Virus record (IMG/VR): IMGVR_UViG_3300017754_001682
Span: 1-34,041 of that record
Length of the DNA: 34,041 bases
Origin: a virus
Taxonomy: Duplodnaviria; Caudoviricetes
Reading direction: 5' to 3' (one strand)
Of the stretch, positions 32,701-34,041 are shown one piece after another. Under the pieces are notes generated by a model. The model did no database searches. It saw nothing but the letters and a program-made list of their open reading frames with translations, and had not been told where the DNA came from. Position 1 is the first letter of the stretch. The number at the start of each line of letters is the position of its first letter. The translations under genes were made by a program, and so were the position numbers.

Positions 32701-34040
32701 GTTGCGAAGACAGTGGTTCCGTCAGCCCTGATGTCTGTGCGAACGGCTGTTCCAAAAAAACCTAGCAAAGAATCTTTGGTATCGACCTTTCCGTCTTTGT
32801 TCAGGTCGTAACGCAAGTCGGCAGGGTCAGCTCCAGAAGTCATGGCCAGAATCTTGTCAGCCGTAACTTCGCTCGGAGTCTTTGCTGCTGCCATCTCTGG
32901 GTGTGCGGTGACCAGCGCTTTGATTTGATCCGCTTTGTTCTTGGCACCAATAGCAGCGTTTTCTGCGGCGGCTTGGCCAGCAGCGTCACCCGCGAGGCGA
33001 GCGGCCTCGGCGAGGTCAGTCTGCTTTGCAGCCTCAACCCTGTAAAGGGTTTCGTGCTCCTTGGAGAGCGCCGTCTGGTCAGCTCCAATTACCTGCTGCA
33101 CATCGGCTTCAGGCTTTCCAATAAAGGCTTGGAGTTGCTCTTGAGTTGGAGGAGCGCCAAAAGCCTCTTGGTAAAACTGGGCAGCCTCTTCTTGCGTCGT
33201 TTTTACAGCGTCAGTGACTTGTGCCGCAGTTGGTGCCTGCCCTGATTTTGCAAGCAGTTCAGTTGTGGCCTTGAACTGCTCCGGGGTAACGCCCTCAAGG
33301 CCAGTCTCTGGAGTGGATCCAATTGGGTCTGATCCTCCGGTGGAGGTGTGAACCAAGCTGGTGACCAGTCCACTGCCAAGCATCGCTTGAACAGCAGTCG
33401 TCCCAAGGTCTTCGTTCCAAGCCTTTCCATTGGCGACGTTCTGTGAAATTCGTCCGGACAGCTCCTCTACAAGCTCCGAAGGAATTTCACCCTTGAGCGC
33501 CTTAACCAAGGACTCTTTTACTACCGCCGCTTCGGCAAGTCGCGTCTCGTTGGACAAAGCGCCGGGGATAAATTTGTTTGCTACCGCAGACACAATTCCG
33601 CCAACAGCGCCAGCAGAACGAGCCCGAGTCAAGGCGTCTTCTGGACTGACACCGTCTTTTATTGCTTGGTTGTAGGTGTCTTGAGCAACGCTGGCACCCT
33701 GAGTCAGGGCGTTTGCGCCGAGGGATGCGGCCTCTGCAACGGCCATGCCAGATCCCAGAGCACGGGCAACAGTCATTGCACCGCTACCAACCAGCAGGCT
33801 CATGCCGTTCTGGACAACAAACTCGGCAAGTTGAGTTGGGTTCACGCCAAATTGCTTTGCGGTCTCAACAGCTTGTTGGAAAACGCCTGCATTGCCAGCC
33901 TTTTCAATGGCTTTGAACATCAGCTCTTGGTTGTCCTTGAAGTCCTTAGACCTCATCTGGTCAACAGCATCATTGATCTGATTTGAAGTCCGAACAGCAA
34001 GGTTGTCCATGTTCACCAAGCCGGTCAGTCCGGCCAACGT
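29784..34040 (-). CDS. Giant repeat-rich virion protein (5' end outside the window, at least 1418 aa)
   Basis: Frame is open to the window edge. Contains tandem helical repeats, a Ca-binding loop, and a C-terminal GPGDGQSDDIPAMLADGEFV domain of the kind found at tape-measure C-termini. Confidence 0.8.
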   Translation of the reverse strand, partial: TLAGLTGLVNMDNLAVRTSNQINDAVDQMRSKDFKDNQELMFKAIEKAGNAGVFQQAVETAKQFGVNPTQLAEFVVQNGMSLLVGSGAMTVARALGSGMAVAEAASLGANALTQGASVAQDTYNQAIKDGVSPEDALTRARSAGAVGGIVSAVANKFIPGALSNETRLAEAAVVKESLVKALKGEIPSELVEELSGRISQNVANGKAWNEDLGTTAVQAMLGSGLVTSLVHTSTGGSDPIGSTPETGLEGVTPEQFKATTELLAKSGQAPTAAQVTDAVKTTQEEAAQFYQEAFGAPPTQEQLQAFIGKPEADVQQVIGADQTALSKEHETLYRVEAAKQTDLAEAARLAGDAAGQAAAENAAIGAKNKADQIKALVTAHPEMAAAKTPSEVTADKILAMTSGADPADLRYDLNKDGKVDTKDSLLGFFGTAVRTDIRADGTTVFATPKDIQDAIAGIQFPAGITPADVTQAITNYMSKNPSITLQQVADAITTGTTGLATDAGVKTSISDALKGVATTADVNAAIAGIKFPVGLTKTDVAEEIKAAMKANPGLSAADVTKSITDYMTKNPALTKADVSTAISAATKGMVTSTELAQAEKDILAEVALNEKAGMTRDTALQKAISTVAATQKTDVATLTQSISGLNTNLGKEIGAVQADLDKTEKSILAEVALNEKAGMTRDAALQKAINTVAATQKTDSAALTAKISGLNTNLTKEIDAVQADLAQTEKDILAQVALNEKAGMTRDAALQKAINTVAAVQKTDTATLTSKISGLSTSLTKEIDAVQADLAQTEKDILAQVALNEKAGMTRDAALQKAINTVATTQKTDTASLLTKLGTTEAALKTQITTQVTSLDTKLSAAIADAKAAGLKGDAALQSAINKVASDQKTSAADILAQMGKSTAELKTQFASDISGLSKEMQTKYDTLSQAQKDAVDAQVQQGKDLTLAITESAAGLQSQISGLSAEMQTQYGALTQAQKDAVDAQVQQGKDLTKAITETASGLQSQITGLGADAQAKYNALTAAQKLEVDARVKQGVDLTAAINAAQTKTETQIGTLSADLQTKYDALTKADQDIVNTQIQQGIDTKTAIDNATKTTTQQINTVKTDLSKNITDVQTQFNTRVDELVSQGKSYQEATQAALGELNTGVLGLQTSVTDIKAAQAAEAAKTAAAAKAAKDKATQQNMMSGLTAGANYIRSKVAPAAEETARPWAQLGLTSTGGENKFESALGSFLKDAESGFYEPKQLNEQQQQAAPTKKELDMQNPQGNTNYFSYGNEYDLNEVLNENPGTEMLYSKAGGLATPLFAGGGKSRKQNYAGGGLNVIQHEGKPRIDFRTGNAVTGPGDGQSDDIPAMLADGEFVFPADVVAALGNGSTKAGSDKLYDMMHSIRAYHRSAKPKDLPPPAKKSPLDYLKKHA
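30740..31305 (-). repeat. 47-aa (141-bp) tandem repeats, 4 copies
   Basis: The Tyr codon of Q.KY.ALT.AQ recurs at 31266, 31125, 30984 and 30843. Confidence 0.9.
31370..32265 (-). repeat. 65-aa (195-bp) tandem repeats, 4 copies plus 1 degenerate
   Basis: The MT codons of EKAGMTRD recur at 32197, 32002, 31807 and 31612. Confidence 0.9.
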
Positions 34041-34041
34041 G

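Noticed and set aside
29784-34040. Classical siphovirus tape-measure annotation and a TTG start at 34037
   Set aside because: The frame is open to the window edge. The context (ejection-type genes, P22-like portal/terS) favours an internal virion protein, although tail genes lie outside the window.

Overview
This window is most of the genome of a tailed dsDNA phage with podovirus-like architecture. The host is probably a Proteobacterium (inference). The window is cut inside the major capsid gene at the left end and inside a giant virion protein at the right end. Read on the minus strand from about 22.4 kb leftwards, the order is: Cro/YdaS-like HTH, YdaU/DUF1376-type initiator with internal iterons, primase Zn-finger-only protein, SF4 helicase, RusA, a Ref-type HNH nuclease and a mosaic of small early/accessory ORFs. 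It continues with terS, terL, a 1457-aa polyvalent protein with a PcfJ-like domain, portal, GroES-like co-chaperonin, scaffold-like and capsid-associated proteins, and the major capsid protein. A short plus-strand operon (22.6-25.4 kb; SSB-like protein, PD-(D/E)XK nuclease) converges on a minus-strand block of internal-virion/ejection proteins, one with a GH73-like muramidase domain. I see no integrase, CI repressor, tRNA, CRISPR or lysis genes. The most unusual signals are: (1) two non-coding, heavily structured minus-strand regions flanking the terminase genes (10.4-10.75 kb and 13.2-13.5 kb), with a kissing-loop/terminator element, a pseudoknotted ~200-nt domain and a shared 2x2 internal loop; (2) a recurrent [M/F/Y]-A-x-G-G tag at domain junctions of the large virion proteins; (3) a putative effector domain abutted by a small convergent gene with its own promoter; (4) origin-type palindromes repeated next to the packaging genes. 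All calls come from reading motifs by eye; no searches or folding programs were run.
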